From: an uncultured bacterium
Lineage (GTDB): Bacteria > Fermentibacterota > Fermentibacteria > Fermentibacterales > JCC-6
Direction: 5' to 3'
Length of the DNA: 64,000 nt
Assembly: GCA_964541235.1 (NCBI GenBank)
Contig: CAZIPI010000014.1
Span: forward strand, 666-64,665
Made by a program: the position numbers and the translations under genes. The notes below the pieces were generated by a model that made no database searches, was not told where the DNA came from, and was given only the letters and a program-made list of their open reading frames with translations. This document shows positions 50,488 through 62,416 of the stretch, piece by piece (within the stretch, counting starts at the first letter, position 1; each line of letters begins with the position of its first letter).

Positions 50488-53400
50488 CCAGCAAGGACGC
50501 TCTGAAGGCCAGGCTTGCAACATGGTTGTCGGTGCATGGCGAAGACAGGGCGCTGCCTCCCCCGGTATCGGTACCGGCTCTTCCCGCGGTGCGCCCGGAG
50601 GTCCTGAACGCCACTCCTGCCGCCGCCGCCGCGCTGGGAGGCCTTCCGCTGTTCAAGCCCTGGAGGAGGGCGCTGCCCGTGGCCGCGTCTCTGCTCACGG
50701 GCATGGAAGCAGGCTCCGGCGGCGCCATCTTCAAGAAGCTCCAGACCCTGAGATCCCCGCCGGCGTCCGCCGAGCTGGCCCTTGAGTGGTTTTCCGCAAT
50801 TCACCTCCTTCCCCACAACCTTTGGGACCTGGGGATGGAGGGGTTCTTTCAGCTCGCCGGGACACTGTCCGAGAACGGCGGTCCCTCCGACGAACCCGGT
50901 CTCGGGAGCGCTCTCGCAAGCTGGTACAGGGTTCTGAGAAGCTGCGGCGACGGCAACCTGGGCGAAGACGCCGCGTCCTTCTGCCTTGATCTTGCAGGTT
51001 TCTGGCCGGGCCACTTCGCATACCTCTGCGACAGGCTCTCCTCGGGTGGTGAAGAAGTTCATGAGGCACTGAAGAAAGCCGCGGCCTTCAAGAATGTTTC
51101 CGAGAACAACCGGGCCGTGCTTCTGGATTTCGCCGCCGACCTGGGCTGGCTCTACCGCGGTGACGAGTTCGCCCCCCTGTGGGAGATAGTGGCCAGAAGG
51201 GGAATGCCCATTTACAGAAGGATCGCCGAGGGCATGGCCCCCATGGGCTCCATCAGGTTCTACTGCGGCGCCATGAGAGCCCTTCAGAAGAAACGGGGCA
51301 TTGACGAGCTTCTCTCCGAGGAGAGGGTTCACAGGGCCATGGTCCTGTTCAGGACCGACGAGGTGGATGTGGTTGCATCCGTGCTGAAATCCAGCCCGGT
51401 AGCTTGCAGCTACCTTGACTCGCAGATGGAGATAGATCTGGCCATCGACCTCTTCTCGATACGCACCTCGGGGACCGAGAACCCTTCCTCCCTGGGGGAG
51501 GACTTCATAGAAATGGTGGACTCAGCCCAGAAAGGCATCACATACCAGGGGCTCGTCAAGTTCCTTTCCGTGATGCAGGGAAGGGTCGAGGGGGAACCCC
51601 TGGCATTCGTGAGCGGCTACCTGACCGACGCGGGTGAGAAGAGCTTCTACACCGCAGTGGACGCCATGAGGATGTACCGGATCACCGAGGTCGTCTTCTC
51701 GGTGGGAAGGACCGCTGACCGCCGCAGCCTCAGGACAGTGTTCCGGGCCCTTGACGGCGCGCCGTCGGGAAGAAGGGGGCTGGCACTGCTTGAAAGGGCC
51801 TTGTCCCGCAGGGGGAGCCACCTCCCGCACCTCGCCGCAGTTGCATCACTGCTGGTCAGGGCCGCCCCCGACGATGATGCCGCAGCATACCTGAACAGGG
51901 CCCGGGGCATGGCGGACGTGTTCTCACTGCTCACGCCCGTTGACAGGGGCAAGCTGTCGTCGGGGCTGGCTCCGGCATGGATGGAGAAGCTGCTGGACGC
52001 TGAACCGGAAGCCGAGAAGACGGTCATCCAGTTCCTCGGCAGGGTTGAGGACCCCTCCAGGAGGCTCAGGTTCCTTGACATGGTGGTGGCGCCGCTGATG
52101 CAGGAGGTCAGCGCCTCCGACCCGCTCTTCAGTGACTGCCTTGCCTTCGCGGTCACGGGCTACAATTCGGCGCCTGAGCAGGACAGGCTTCGTGAGGCCG
52201 AGAACCTGACCCTTCAGAGGGTTTTCAGGGCAGGGGGCAGGGTCGCCGCCCTGGATGTTCTGATGCAGGACTTCCTGGCAATGCCCGGATTGTCGAGGCA
52301 TCGCTCCGAAGAACTGCTTGCCGGGATAAGGGCCATCTGCGACAGGTTCAGCAGACAGGCCGTCTGGCAGGAGGGCTTCGACAGGATCTTCTCCAACTTC
52401 CTGGAAGAGGGCATTAGAAGGATACTGAACGCGTTCATGGAGGTGCCCGATTCACTGGATACCGTTGACAGCGGGTTCATAGCCCGGCTGGCGGACAGGC
52501 TGATGCCGGTGAGACATGCAGGCGCCAGCGTTTCCACTGGCGCCGGGCGTTCCGCGATGGCCTTCTTCACCCAGGTCCTTCCTGAAAGCGTGTTCTTCTA
52601 CCACAGGTGCCTGGATCAGCTGGCGGGCTTCCTCGAGAAGGCCATAGACATGGCCCAGAGAAGCATCGGGGGCATCCCGGCGGGCGAGGAGTTCCTCTCC
52701 CACCTGGCCGGCGAGATCCAGGAGAGCCGTGCACTCGAGTTCTCCACAAGCCTTGATGCGTGGCTCAGGGGCAACCCGGCCCCCACCGCCGAGACCGACA
52801 ATTTCAACCCCGAGGAGATACTGGGTTCGTGGTACGGGATCCATGAAGCCCGGGAAGTGCCGAGGAAACGGCTGGGCGGAGTCGCTGCACTGGTGACCTC
52901 ATCGCAGACCCGTCGGGAGGAACTGCTGAAGCTCTGCTCCGTGCTCAGCGCGGGTCTCGCTTCGACGGGGGTTCCGGGGGGGGATCAGCTTGATTTCCAT
53001 TGCGACAGACAGGCCCTGATGAAGCTGAAGGCAACCCTGGGCGATAGACGGGACCTGCTGGACCTCTTCATATCCATCAGAAGGGGCAGGGTGCAGCCTG
53101 GAGACGAAAAGGCGGTCGCCGAGCTTTCCATGGCTGCGGAGGATACCGGCGGCGATCCGGTCCACGCCTGGGCACTCAGGAACCTGCCGCCCCTACTCAA
53201 CTGCGCCCTGATGATGATGCTGGCGGAGCCCGCCGACCCTGAAAAGGCACTGGCCATTGCTGCCTCCATAGTGGAAGTGGTTGATTTCATGGGGTCCGAA
53301 GGCGCTTCGGAGCTTCTTCTGATGGTTGCCGGATGTCTTTCCGCCGCGGCGTTCCCCGGTCAGGCGCCGGACCTTCTTGAAAGGCAGCTCTTCGGACCGA

Positions 53401-54038
53401 TGTGGAAAACAAGGGCACTTGACCGTATCGAGCTCTTCCTGGCCGGCCGTTCACAGCGCAGGCGTCTTCTCGAGCTTCTTCTGGAAAGGCTCCGTCTTGA
53501 ATCCGGCACCCCCGAAAGGGTTTCTTTCATCAGGCGTTACGGAACCATGTTCATCTGCGTCTGGGGGTACGTTCTGGAGAAGCCGTTCCCGGACACCGAG
53601 AAGATCATGACCGAGGTGCTGTCCGGTTCCTGGGTTTTCACCGATGGAGGGAACCAGCCCCAGTACCCGGCGGCGCTCCAGGAGATCCACGACCTGGTGA
53701 GGGACGAGGTCAGGAAGCGCAAACACGCCTTCGGGGTGGTATCCATGGAGGAGGCCCGTGAGATCAGCGCCGACATGCGCAGGAAGTACAGGGACAACGC
53801 CGATTCGGTTGCGATCCTTCTGCGATGGACGGTTGACCCCGCAAGAGAGGACCTGCTAAGGCTTCTTGAAGAGAACGAGACCCTGCTCCAGGCCGTGAGC
53901 ACCGACCACGAGCTTCTTCACCTTCTGGACATGTTCGGCGGCAACAAGGAGATCATGGGAAGGGCCGCCGGACTCGCCGCCGACCCTGCGAAGCTCAAGA
54001 AGAGCCTCTCCGACTTCTCGAGGAGAAGAGATGACTGA
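50484..54038 (+). CDS. Large (~1184 aa) Ala/Leu-rich hypothetical protein, translationally coupled to gyrA
   Basis: The start MTSKDALKA overlaps the gyrA stop (ATGA). No recognisable catalytic motifs; predicted all-helical. Confidence 0.5.
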
Positions 54039-55005
54039 GAGGATCCTGGTGCTTTCCACGGGCGGCACAATAGAGATGGCGCCGGGTCAGAGGGGGCTGG
54101 TCATCGGCCCCGGGATGGAGTTCGACAGGCGCTCCGCGGGAATACCTGATACAGTCCAGCTGTTCAATGAGAGGATGTTCAGCCTTCCCAGCCCCCACAT
54201 GACCCCCGGGCGGATGCTGGAGCTGACAAGACGGCTTCTCGAGATCGAGGCTTCGGGAGACTACAGCGGTGTAGTGGTCACACACGGCACAGACACCCTT
54301 GAAGAGAGCGCCTTCCTCGCCGACCTTCATCTCGTGGGAACCACCCCTGTTGTTTTCACCGCCGCCATGAGGAGCCCCGGCGAACTCGGGGTGGACGGAC
54401 CCCGCAACCTCAGGGCGGCGATACTCACCGCAAATTCCGAAGTTCATGAATTGGGAGTTACGGTTGTCCTTGGCGATGAGATACATGCCGCAGGGCGCGT
54501 GACCAAGACCTGCACATCAAACACCAGCAGCTTCAACTCCCCGGGCTACGGCCCTCTGGGGTTCGTGGACGAAGACGGGGTCATCCTTCACAGGAAGCCG
54601 CTCTGGCGGCTTTCACTGCCCGGGGGGCCAGCCGTTCTTGACACCCGGGTCGGCCTTGTAAGGTGCGCAGCGGGGTTCGGAGGCGAACCGATAGATCTTC
54701 TGGCGGGCAGGGGATACAGAGGCATCGTGGTGGAGGCGTTCGGACGGGGCAACGTGGCTCCCGAGACCGCCGCGGCCATGAAGAACGCCATGGCGCAGGG
54801 TGTTGTCTGCGTCATCACCAGCCGCTGCTACGAGGGCAGGGTGCTTGGCGTTTACGCCTATGAGGGAGGATGTGTGGACCTCATGGAGGCCGGAGCCCTG
54901 ACAGCGGGGGATATGCAGGGGCACAAGATACGTCTTCTTCTCATGGCGTGCCTGGGACGCGGAATGGGCGCAGAAGAGATAGGGAATGTTCTGAAGCGCC
55001 TCTGA
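54031..55005 (+). CDS. L-asparaginase (type I)
   Basis: VLSTGGTIEM and VVTHGTDTLEESA motifs. Confidence 0.8.
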   Translation: MTERILVLSTGGTIEMAPGQRGLVIGPGMEFDRRSAGIPDTVQLFNERMFSLPSPHMTPGRMLELTRRLLEIEASGDYSGVVVTHGTDTLEESAFLADLHLVGTTPVVFTAAMRSPGELGVDGPRNLRAAILTANSEVHELGVTVVLGDEIHAAGRVTKTCTSNTSSFNSPGYGPLGFVDEDGVILHRKPLWRLSLPGGPAVLDTRVGLVRCAAGFGGEPIDLLAGRGYRGIVVEAFGRGNVAPETAAAMKNAMAQGVVCVITSRCYEGRVLGVYAYEGGCVDLMEAGALTAGDMQGHKIRLLLMACLGRGMGAEEIGNVLKRL

Positions 55006-55069
55006 GGGATTGGCCTGAAGACGGCTCCGGGTTAGGTTACATGGTGCCGGGACCGTTCACGGAGGGAAG

Positions 55070-55417
55070 ATGGCAAGGAGCAATGAGGGTTTCACCATAG
55101 CCGTGATACCCCATTCCGCCCATGGCAGGAGACGGGAGCTTCGCGTTACCGGAGGCAGCGTACCCCTTTTTCATGCCGCGTTGGTGGTGGTGATCCTTGT
55201 GATAGCCGCATCGGTTTACATGTTCGCCTCCGGGGTGTTGACCCAGGGCAGGGTGGAGGCCCTGAACCGGCGTATCGCAGGCCTGCAGGACTCTCTGACC
55301 GCCGCCGCCGACCTGGGCACGCGATTGAGTGCGATTGAAGAACAGCTGGAGGAGATAAGAGCCGCCAGAAGGGTGATAGAGAACATTGCCACTCAGGGAG
55401 CCCCTTCGGTGGATTAG
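55070..55417 (+). CDS. Membrane-anchored coiled-coil protein
   Basis: A single TM helix (LFHAALVVVILVIAASVYMFA) followed by a coiled coil. Confidence 0.35.
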   Translation: MARSNEGFTIAVIPHSAHGRRRELRVTGGSVPLFHAALVVVILVIAASVYMFASGVLTQGRVEALNRRIAGLQDSLTAAADLGTRLSAIEEQLEEIRAARRVIENIATQGAPSVD

Positions 55418-55432
55418 GCGTAAGGAGACAAT

Positions 55433-55792
55433 GTGGGCAGAGAAGATACGGGAAATGCCATCAACTCCATCATCGGGGCCGGCAGTACATTCACCGGGGT
55501 TCTGAACGTACAGGGGGGCCTGAGGGTGGACGGTCTGGTGGATGGCGAAGTTGGCGTTTCAGCAACGCTGACCGTGGGGCACGAAGGAAGGATCAAGGGC
55601 GAGATAACGGTGGCCCAGGCGGTTATCGGCGGGACCATCAACGGCACCATTAGGGCCGAGAACCAGCTTGAGCTTCAGAACGGCTCCCGTGTCGAGGGCG
55701 ATATCTACACGCGGAGCCTGGTGATAGAGGAGGGTGTTTTCTTCCAGGGCCACTGCAGCATGAGCGGCAAGGACAGTCCGCAGAAGAGCTGA
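55433..55792 (+). CDS. Bactofilin (CcmA/DUF583) cytoskeletal protein
   Basis: FTGVLNVQGGLRVDGLVDGEVGVSATLTVGHEGRIKGEITVAQAVIGGTINGTIRAENQLEL, a right-handed beta-helix repeat pattern. Confidence 0.65.
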   Translation: MGREDTGNAINSIIGAGSTFTGVLNVQGGLRVDGLVDGEVGVSATLTVGHEGRIKGEITVAQAVIGGTINGTIRAENQLELQNGSRVEGDIYTRSLVIEEGVFFQGHCSMSGKDSPQKS

Positions 55793-55939
55793 ACCGTTGT
55801 TTGTGGAAAAATCCGCCTCATCGTTGATAACTATGTAACTCATTTGTGTGCATGATAATGCATCACTTTTCTAAAGCCGTTTGGAATATGATATCCACAA
55901 CTGCACTGTTGCCAGTGACCAGCGGAAGGGTGGATCCAG

Positions 55940-56254
55940 TTGAGCGAAAGCCTTGAGACGCTTCTCGCGGCGGAAGCCCGGGCGGCGGAGCTTTTGGAGA
56001 GGGCCGCCAGAGAGGCCCAGGGGGAAAGGGCTTCGATCCCCGAGGCACTGAGTGAGCTCGAGACCAGGTACGAGAGCGCCCTGGCGGCCGCAGAAGAGAG
56101 GGAGACCTCCGGGATCGTTCAGGAGGTAGGCACATACCATGAACAGCTGCGACAGATGAGGATGGCGCTGGAGGAGGAGCTTAAGGATAAGTCCAGGGAG
56201 CTGGATTCCGAGGCGTTCCGGCTTCTCAGGGCGAGAATGCTCAGGGGCGGTTGA
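55940..56254 (+). CDS. atpG: V/A-type ATPase subunit G/H (peripheral stalk), TTG start
   Basis: 104-aa coiled-coil protein; first gene of the V-ATPase operon. Confidence 0.5.
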   Translation: MSESLETLLAAEARAAELLERAAREAQGERASIPEALSELETRYESALAAAEERETSGIVQEVGTYHEQLRQMRMALEEELKDKSRELDSEAFRLLRARMLRGG

Positions 56255-56255
56255 G

Positions 56256-58238
56256 ATGGCCCTGGAGACCGTGGTCAAGACCGAGATACTCTGCCACAGG
56301 GCCCATCTGGACCAAGTGCTGAGGCTCCTTGAGAAGTCCGGCATGGTGCACCTGGCCGATGCGGACCCGGCGCTTTTTCAGGGCCTCTCCAGGATGGACA
56401 CCGGAAGCATCGAGGAGTTGCGTGAGCTGAGGGCAGAGCTGGAGAGGGCCATGCAGTTCCTGACCGGCTTCCAGCCCGGGAATGGCAGACCCGAGCTGGT
56501 GGTCACCCGCGAGGCCCTTGAGAAAGCCCTGGGCGACACATCAGCAAGAAGCGTCTCCAGGGAGGCATCGCTTCTCTCGGCGCAGTTCCAGGAAACAGAG
56601 CAGCAGATCCGCGAGATCAACGCCGGAAGGGCTCTGGCAGAGAAATGGGACTTCCTGCCCTGTCGTTTCGACATGGTTGGAAGGAAGGGCGATTTTGCGG
56701 TTTTCGCCGGCACCCTTCCCGGTTCAGCGGTGTTGGAGCCCCTTCTTCAAAATGAGTTCCCGCTCACCCGGCTGTTCGTTCACCCCGCAGACATGGTGAC
56801 GGCTGTATCCCACTCATCGGAAGCGAAGGCGTTCGGCGAGAGGATCGCCTCACTGGGTTACATTCCCGGTGATTTCGCCGGCCTGGCCGCCACCCCCGCC
56901 GAGGAGACGGCAAGGCTGGACGCGATGTTGGAAACAGCAGAGAAAAGGATGGCCGAATGCCGTGAACGGGCTGGCGAACTCTCCAGAAGGGTCCCGGAAC
57001 TCCGGATGATGTTCGACGCCGCCGGCCTTCTCATAACCAGACGGGAAGCAGCGTCCTCCGGTGTTTCCTCTGCGAGCGTTCTGGTCCTTCATGCCTGGAT
57101 GCGGAAAGCCGATGTTCCGGTGCTGAAGGCCGAGCTCGAGAAAGTGGCCGCAGCCGGAATAGAGATAGTGGAACCCCTGGAGGGCGAGACCCCGCCGGTG
57201 TTCCTAACCGAGCACGCCACCGTTGACCCCTACCTGCTCCTTACCGACATGTTCGGAAGACCGGCAGGCTCCGACCCCGACCCGACCCCCCTTTTCGCCC
57301 CCTTCTATGCGCTGTTCTTCGGCATCTGCATTGGCGACGCCGGCTACGGTGCGGCCCTGGTGCTTGGCAGCCTTCTGGGATGGTGGCTCACCGGGAAAAG
57401 GGGAGGGAACACCAGGCTTTTCAGGCTCATCTTCCAGGGGGGGCTTGCCAGCATCATTACCGGAGTGTTCCTGGGCGGATGGTTCGGAATGGAGTTCCAC
57501 TCCCTCCCGGGTTTTCTCCAGGAGCCGGCCATGCTCCTCAACGGCCTTGTTCCCGGGTACTCTCCGGGCAAGCCGGGTTTCTCCGTCTCCAACCAGTTCC
57601 TTTACCTGACACTGGGGCTGGGGCTTCTGCAGCTGTCCTGGGGAGTTCTCGTCAATCTTCCGAAAAGGCTTCGTCAGGGTGAGGGGTTCGCGGCGGTGCT
57701 GGAGCAGGGCGGATGGCTCCTTGCCATAGCCGGCCTGTTCCCCTGGCTTTTCAACCACTACCTTCTCAACGGAGCCCTTTACGACATCAGCGGCCCCGCT
57801 GACCGCTTCTTCCTTCTCATGCTTGCAGCCGGCGCTCTGCTGATCTTCGTCATGGGCGGCAGGTCCGCTGGAAGCATCGGGGGCAAGGTGGGGCTGGGAG
57901 CCTACGCCACATACGGGATCGTAAACCTTCTCGGTGATGTCCTGAGCTACTCCAGGCTTTTCGCGCTGGCCCTCTCAAGCGCCATCATTGCCCAGGTCAT
58001 AAACGAGATAGCGGGTATGCTGGCCGGAAGCATGGCCGGCATAGGGATCGTGCTCGCCATTGTGGTGCTTCTTGCCGGGCATGCGTTCAACCTGGCCATG
58101 GCGGTCCTTTCCGGCTTCATCCATACCGCCAGGCTCCAGTTCGTTGAGTTCTTCGGGAAGTTCTACGACGGCACGGGCGTTCCATTCTCGCCTCTCCGCT
58201 TCGAGCCGCGTTTCGTCCGTATCGGTGAATCGAGATGA
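56256..58238 (+). CDS. atpI: V/A-type ATPase subunit I (a-subunit)
   Basis: 660 aa; N-terminal soluble and C-terminal multi-TM domain. Confidence 0.8.
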   Translation: MALETVVKTEILCHRAHLDQVLRLLEKSGMVHLADADPALFQGLSRMDTGSIEELRELRAELERAMQFLTGFQPGNGRPELVVTREALEKALGDTSARSVSREASLLSAQFQETEQQIREINAGRALAEKWDFLPCRFDMVGRKGDFAVFAGTLPGSAVLEPLLQNEFPLTRLFVHPADMVTAVSHSSEAKAFGERIASLGYIPGDFAGLAATPAEETARLDAMLETAEKRMAECRERAGELSRRVPELRMMFDAAGLLITRREAASSGVSSASVLVLHAWMRKADVPVLKAELEKVAAAGIEIVEPLEGETPPVFLTEHATVDPYLLLTDMFGRPAGSDPDPTPLFAPFYALFFGICIGDAGYGAALVLGSLLGWWLTGKRGGNTRLFRLIFQGGLASIITGVFLGGWFGMEFHSLPGFLQEPAMLLNGLVPGYSPGKPGFSVSNQFLYLTLGLGLLQLSWGVLVNLPKRLRQGEGFAAVLEQGGWLLAIAGLFPWLFNHYLLNGALYDISGPADRFFLLMLAAGALLIFVMGGRSAGSIGGKVGLGAYATYGIVNLLGDVLSYSRLFALALSSAIIAQVINEIAGMLAGSMAGIGIVLAIVVLLAGHAFNLAMAVLSGFIHTARLQFVEFFGKFYDGTGVPFSPLRFEPRFVRIGESR

Positions 58239-58723
58239 TCGCTACCATTCCACAGGGAGGACAACAAGTGACAGTCTATCTCATCGCCTATCTCGGCGCC
58301 GGCATTGCCTGCGCCCTCGCGGGGATCGGCAGCTCCATCGGCGTGGGTATCGCGGCCCAGGCCAGCACCGGGGTCATGAGCGTTGACCCGAAGAAGTTCG
58401 GCAAGCTCCTTCTGCTCTCGGCCCTGCCGGGCACCCAGGGCATCTACGGGTTCGTGATTGCCTTCCTGCTCCTTCAGAAGATCGCTGGCTTCACGGCCCT
58501 CGAGGCATCCGACGCGTGGAAGGTGTTCGCGGCCGGCGTTCCGGTGGCCCTTGCAGGTCTTCTTTCCGGAATATTCCAGGGCAAGGTCTGCGCTTCAGGC
58601 GCCATGATGACCGCCAAACAGCCCGGCGAATCCGGAAAGGCACTGATCCTCGCGGTGTTCGTGGAGTTCTACGCCATCCTGGGCTTCCTCGTCAGCTTCC
58701 TCATGCTCGGGCAGATCGGTTGA
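58235..58723 (+). CDS. atpK: V/A-type ATPase proteolipid subunit K (c-subunit, double hairpin)
   Basis: 162 aa, four TM helices, Gly-rich, with a conserved carboxylate in FVEFYAILGF. Confidence 0.75.
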   Translation: MIATIPQGGQQVTVYLIAYLGAGIACALAGIGSSIGVGIAAQASTGVMSVDPKKFGKLLLLSALPGTQGIYGFVIAFLLLQKIAGFTALEASDAWKVFAAGVPVALAGLLSGIFQGKVCASGAMMTAKQPGESGKALILAVFVEFYAILGFLVSFLMLGQIG

Positions 58724-58728
58724 GCGGA

Positions 58729-59319
58729 ATGTCCCTCGAGACCATAAGACAGAAGATAATCCAGGATGCGGAAGCGGAAGGCGAGAGGATCCTCTCCCAG
58801 GCCAGGCACGAGAAGAAGGCCGCCCTTGAGGAGGCCAGGGCCAGGCTCACCGCCAGGGCCGAGAAGGACAAGGTCAGGCTTCTGGAAAGCCTGAAGCAGA
58901 GGAAGGCCCGGCTTCGTGAGCAAGCCCTCAGGGCGGAGGAGAGAAGTCTTCTGAACACGCGCAGAAGGCTGATAGACGAAGCTCTTCACAAGGCCGTTGC
59001 AAGCCTGGCATCCTCTCCTGATTACGCTTCCATAATCGAATCCCTCCTGGCCGGCTGCGATTTCACCGGGGAAGTTGAGGTGATCATCTCGGCCGCCGAT
59101 GCCGGGAGGATCAACCAGCAGTTCCTTGACAGGCACTCCTCAGACATGGTCAGGTTCCGTCTCTCCGATCAGCGTCACAATGCCAGGGGAGGGCTTATTC
59201 TCAGGTCCGGCAGAGTGAGCAGGAACGCCACGCTGGACATGATGGCCTCTCTGGTGCACGAAGAGATGGTGATGGAGCTATCCCGTATGCTTCCCCTGAA
59301 GAGGATGGAGAACCTGTGA
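58729..59319 (+). CDS. atpE: V/A-type ATPase subunit E
   Basis: MSLETIRQKIIQDAEAEGERI... coiled-coil plus C-terminal globular domain. The track ORF over-extends 5'. Confidence 0.75.
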   Translation: MSLETIRQKIIQDAEAEGERILSQARHEKKAALEEARARLTARAEKDKVRLLESLKQRKARLREQALRAEERSLLNTRRRLIDEALHKAVASLASSPDYASIIESLLAGCDFTGEVEVIISAADAGRINQQFLDRHSSDMVRFRLSDQRHNARGGLILRSGRVSRNATLDMMASLVHEEMVMELSRMLPLKRMENL

Positions 59320-60281
59320 GTTCGTCCTGGGAGTATGCGGCGGGCAGGATCAGCGCCCTTGAGGTCACTCTTCTCTCCCCCAGGCACTGGGGCCAGATAA
59401 TCGGCTCCGCCGGCGTGGAAGAACTTCTGAAGGTACTGGGCGAAACCTGGTACGGGCGCCTCATCCACGGAGACAGCCTTGAAGAAGCGCTCCCCGGAGC
59501 GCTTTCCGCGGCGGAGGACGAGCTCCTGGAGCTTGGTCCGGACCAAAGGCTGGCAAGGGCGATCCTTCTTCGCAGGGACGTGAGGAACGCCAGGTACACA
59601 TGGAAGGACATGGCCTCCGGAGGAGATGGAGCGGTTCCCCTGGAAAGGGACGGTACCCTCCCGGCGCAGCTCTTCGCCAGGGCCTGGAACGATCCGGCTT
59701 CAGCCGATGAGCTTCCCAAGGAATTCCGCGCCGCCATGGGCGGCATACAGGAGGTATCCCAGGGAGGGTCCCTCAGGGTTGACCTTCTGATGGACCAGCT
59801 GGCCGCTGATATTGAACGGGTTCACCTGGGGAGCCTTGATTCCGGGCTCGGATCGTTCGTGGCAGCCAGGCTCGAGTTGCGGAACTTCCTCACCGCCGGC
59901 AGGCTGGGGATCGAAGGTATCGCAGGCGGTCAGTTGGGGGGGTGGCTGTTCCCGGGGGGTTTGCACTCCATTGAGGAAGTGATGGAAGCATGCAGAAAGG
60001 GAAGGCTCCCCGATCTTCTGGCGGAGACCGCCGGATTCGAAACTGCGGCAGCGGCCCTGAAGGAAGGGCTGGAAGGCGGCTCATTCCTGGCTTTCCAAAG
60101 GGAGAGCGACAGAATTCTGCTTGAAACGGTCTCCAGTCTGGGGAAGCGGTCCGCTGGACCCGGGCTTCTGGCATCGTACGTGCTGGGTCGGGAGATGGAG
60201 ACTGTCCACCTGAACCTCGTGGCCGCCGCGAAAAGGGCGGAAATGAATACGGCGAAGCTGCAGATGCGGCTTCCCAGGTGA
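59316..60281 (+). CDS. atpC: V/A-type ATPase subunit C (d-subunit)
   Basis: 321 aa; position between E and F. Confidence 0.7.
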   Translation: MSSSWEYAAGRISALEVTLLSPRHWGQIIGSAGVEELLKVLGETWYGRLIHGDSLEEALPGALSAAEDELLELGPDQRLARAILLRRDVRNARYTWKDMASGGDGAVPLERDGTLPAQLFARAWNDPASADELPKEFRAAMGGIQEVSQGGSLRVDLLMDQLAADIERVHLGSLDSGLGSFVAARLELRNFLTAGRLGIEGIAGGQLGGWLFPGGLHSIEEVMEACRKGRLPDLLAETAGFETAAAALKEGLEGGSFLAFQRESDRILLETVSSLGKRSAGPGLLASYVLGREMETVHLNLVAAAKRAEMNTAKLQMRLPR

Positions 60282-60291
60282 AGGAGATTCG

Positions 60292-60618
60292 ATGACCGAA
60301 GGGCGCACGGCATTCATAGGTGACGCCGACTCGGTGCTTGGATTCAGGGCCCTGGGGGTGGAGACCTACACGCCCGGCGACCGGGAAGGCGCCCGGAAGA
60401 CCTTTCAGCGTCTTGTGAAAGAGAGGGTCTCGGTGATTATGCTCACCGAGGACATGCTGGAGAAGCTCGAAGACATGGTGAACGACACGCTCGGCCTGCC
60501 GGTACCGGCAGTGGTGGTTCTGCCCGGGGTTTCCGGAAGCCGCGGCCGGGGCGAGGATGCCATAAGAACACTGATCATCAAAGCCGTTGGAGTAGATCTG
60601 ATGAGCGAGGATGAATAG
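60292..60618 (+). CDS. atpF: V/A-type ATPase subunit F
   Basis: 108 aa; [18 protein letters not shown]. Confidence 0.75.
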   Translation: MTEGRTAFIGDADSVLGFRALGVETYTPGDREGARKTFQRLVKERVSVIMLTEDMLEKLEDMVNDTLGLPVPAVVVLPGVSGSRGRGEDAIRTLIIKAVGVDLMSEDE

Positions 60619-60632
60619 CCGGAGGAAGCCGA

Positions 60633-62402
60633 ATGCTGCAGGGAAGGATTGACAAGATAGCCGGGCCCCTGGTGGTGGCCACTGGAATGACCGAGGCCAG
60701 GATGTACGATGTTGTGTATGTCTCCGACTATCGGCTGATCGGCGAGATCATCGAGCTGAAGGGTGACAGGGCCAGCATCCAGGTTTACGAGGAAACGGCG
60801 GGGCTCAAACCCGGAGACCCTGTTTACGAAACGGGCCTTCCGCTTTCCGTAGAGCTTGGCCCGGGGCTTCTCACCTCCATCTACGACGGTATTCAGCGTC
60901 CTCTCGACAAGGTGAGGGAGCAGGCGGGGGACTGGATCGGCAGGGGAATAAACATTCCCGGCCTCGACCATCAGAGGAAGTGGCCCTTCACCCCCCTGAT
61001 AAGCCCCGGAACGTCCACCCATGGCGGGGAATTCATCGGCAGCGTAGAGGAGACGGAACTCATCACTCACCGGGTCATGGTCCCGCCGGATACCCGCGGT
61101 GAGGTGACATGGGTCGCCGATGCGGGTGAATACACCATAGACGAACCGGTGGCGAAGCTCAAGACCTCCGACGGTTCCGTTCTCGAACTTCCCATGCTTC
61201 AGAAGTGGCCGGTGAGAAAGCCGAGGCCCTTCGCTACCAAGCTGGCGCCCAACGAACCCCTCATAACCGGCCAGAGGGTTGTGGACGCCTTCTTCCCTGT
61301 GGGGAAGGGCGGAACGGCATGCGTTCCCGGCCCCTTCGGCAGCGGCAAGACTGTCATCCAGCACCAGCTGGCGAAATGGGCCGATTCCGAGGTGGTGGTC
61401 TACGTAGGGTGCGGGGAACGCGGCAACGAGATGACAGACGTGCTCCAGGAGTTTCCGGAGCTCGAGGATCCCAAGAGCGGAAAACCCCTGATCCTGAAGA
61501 CGGTTCTGGTGGCCAACACCTCGAACATGCCCGTCGCCGCCAGGGAAGCCAGCGTCTATACAGGTGTAACCATCGCCGAGTACTTCAGGGACATGGGGTA
61601 TTCGGTGGCCCTCATGGCTGACTCCACAAGCCGCTGGGCCGAAGCCATGAGGGAGATGAGCGGCAGGCTGGAGGAGATGCCCGGCGAGGAAGGCTACCCG
61701 GCGTACCTTGGAACCCGCATCGCCGAGTTCTACGAGAGGGCCGGCAAGGTGGAGTGCCTGGGCGGGGACGACCGGACGGGAGCGCTCACCGTCGTAGGCG
61801 CGGTGAGTCCCGCGGGGGGCGACCTGTCCGACCCTGTGGTGCAGGCGACCCTGAGGGTGGTGAAGGTGTTCTGGAGCCTGCAGGCCAACCTGGCCTACAT
61901 GCGCCATTTCCCGGCCATAGGGTGGCTGGACAGCTACTCGCTCTACATCAGGAACCTAAGGGACTACTACGACGAAAGCCTGGGGCAGGACTGGGTGAAA
62001 ATGGTCTCCAGGGCCATGGCCCTTCTGCAGGAGGAGGCGAACCTGCAGGAGATAGCCAGGCTGGTGGGAGCCGAGTCGCTCTCGCCTGAGGACCAGCTGG
62101 TGCTCTTCACCAGCCGTTCGCTCAGAGAGGATTTCCTTCATCAGAACGCTTTCCACCCTGTGGACACCTACGCTTCCATACGGAAACAGAAGGCCATGCT
62201 GGAAACCATCATGCACACCCACGACGCGATGGGCCGCGCCCTGAAGGCCGGAGTGGCTCCCAGGGACCTCTTCGCCTTTCACAACAGGGAGAAGATCTCG
62301 GGCATGCGCTACATCCCCGAGGAGCATATCCCGGCCATCACGGAACTCAAGGACATTATCACCGGCGAACTTGACTCCATGGTCGAGAAAGCCCGACTCT
62401 AA
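60633..62402 (+). CDS. atpA: V/A-type ATPase catalytic subunit A
   Basis: Walker A GPFGSGKT and the non-homologous insertion typical of A-subunits. Confidence 0.95.
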   Translation: MLQGRIDKIAGPLVVATGMTEARMYDVVYVSDYRLIGEIIELKGDRASIQVYEETAGLKPGDPVYETGLPLSVELGPGLLTSIYDGIQRPLDKVREQAGDWIGRGINIPGLDHQRKWPFTPLISPGTSTHGGEFIGSVEETELITHRVMVPPDTRGEVTWVADAGEYTIDEPVAKLKTSDGSVLELPMLQKWPVRKPRPFATKLAPNEPLITGQRVVDAFFPVGKGGTACVPGPFGSGKTVIQHQLAKWADSEVVVYVGCGERGNEMTDVLQEFPELEDPKSGKPLILKTVLVANTSNMPVAAREASVYTGVTIAEYFRDMGYSVALMADSTSRWAEAMREMSGRLEEMPGEEGYPAYLGTRIAEFYERAGKVECLGGDDRTGALTVVGAVSPAGGDLSDPVVQATLRVVKVFWSLQANLAYMRHFPAIGWLDSYSLYIRNLRDYYDESLGQDWVKMVSRAMALLQEEANLQEIARLVGAESLSPEDQLVLFTSRSLREDFLHQNAFHPVDTYASIRKQKAMLETIMHTHDAMGRALKAGVAPRDLFAFHNREKISGMRYIPEEHIPAITELKDIITGELDSMVEKARL

Positions 62403-62416
62403 CCGGAGGTGACGAC

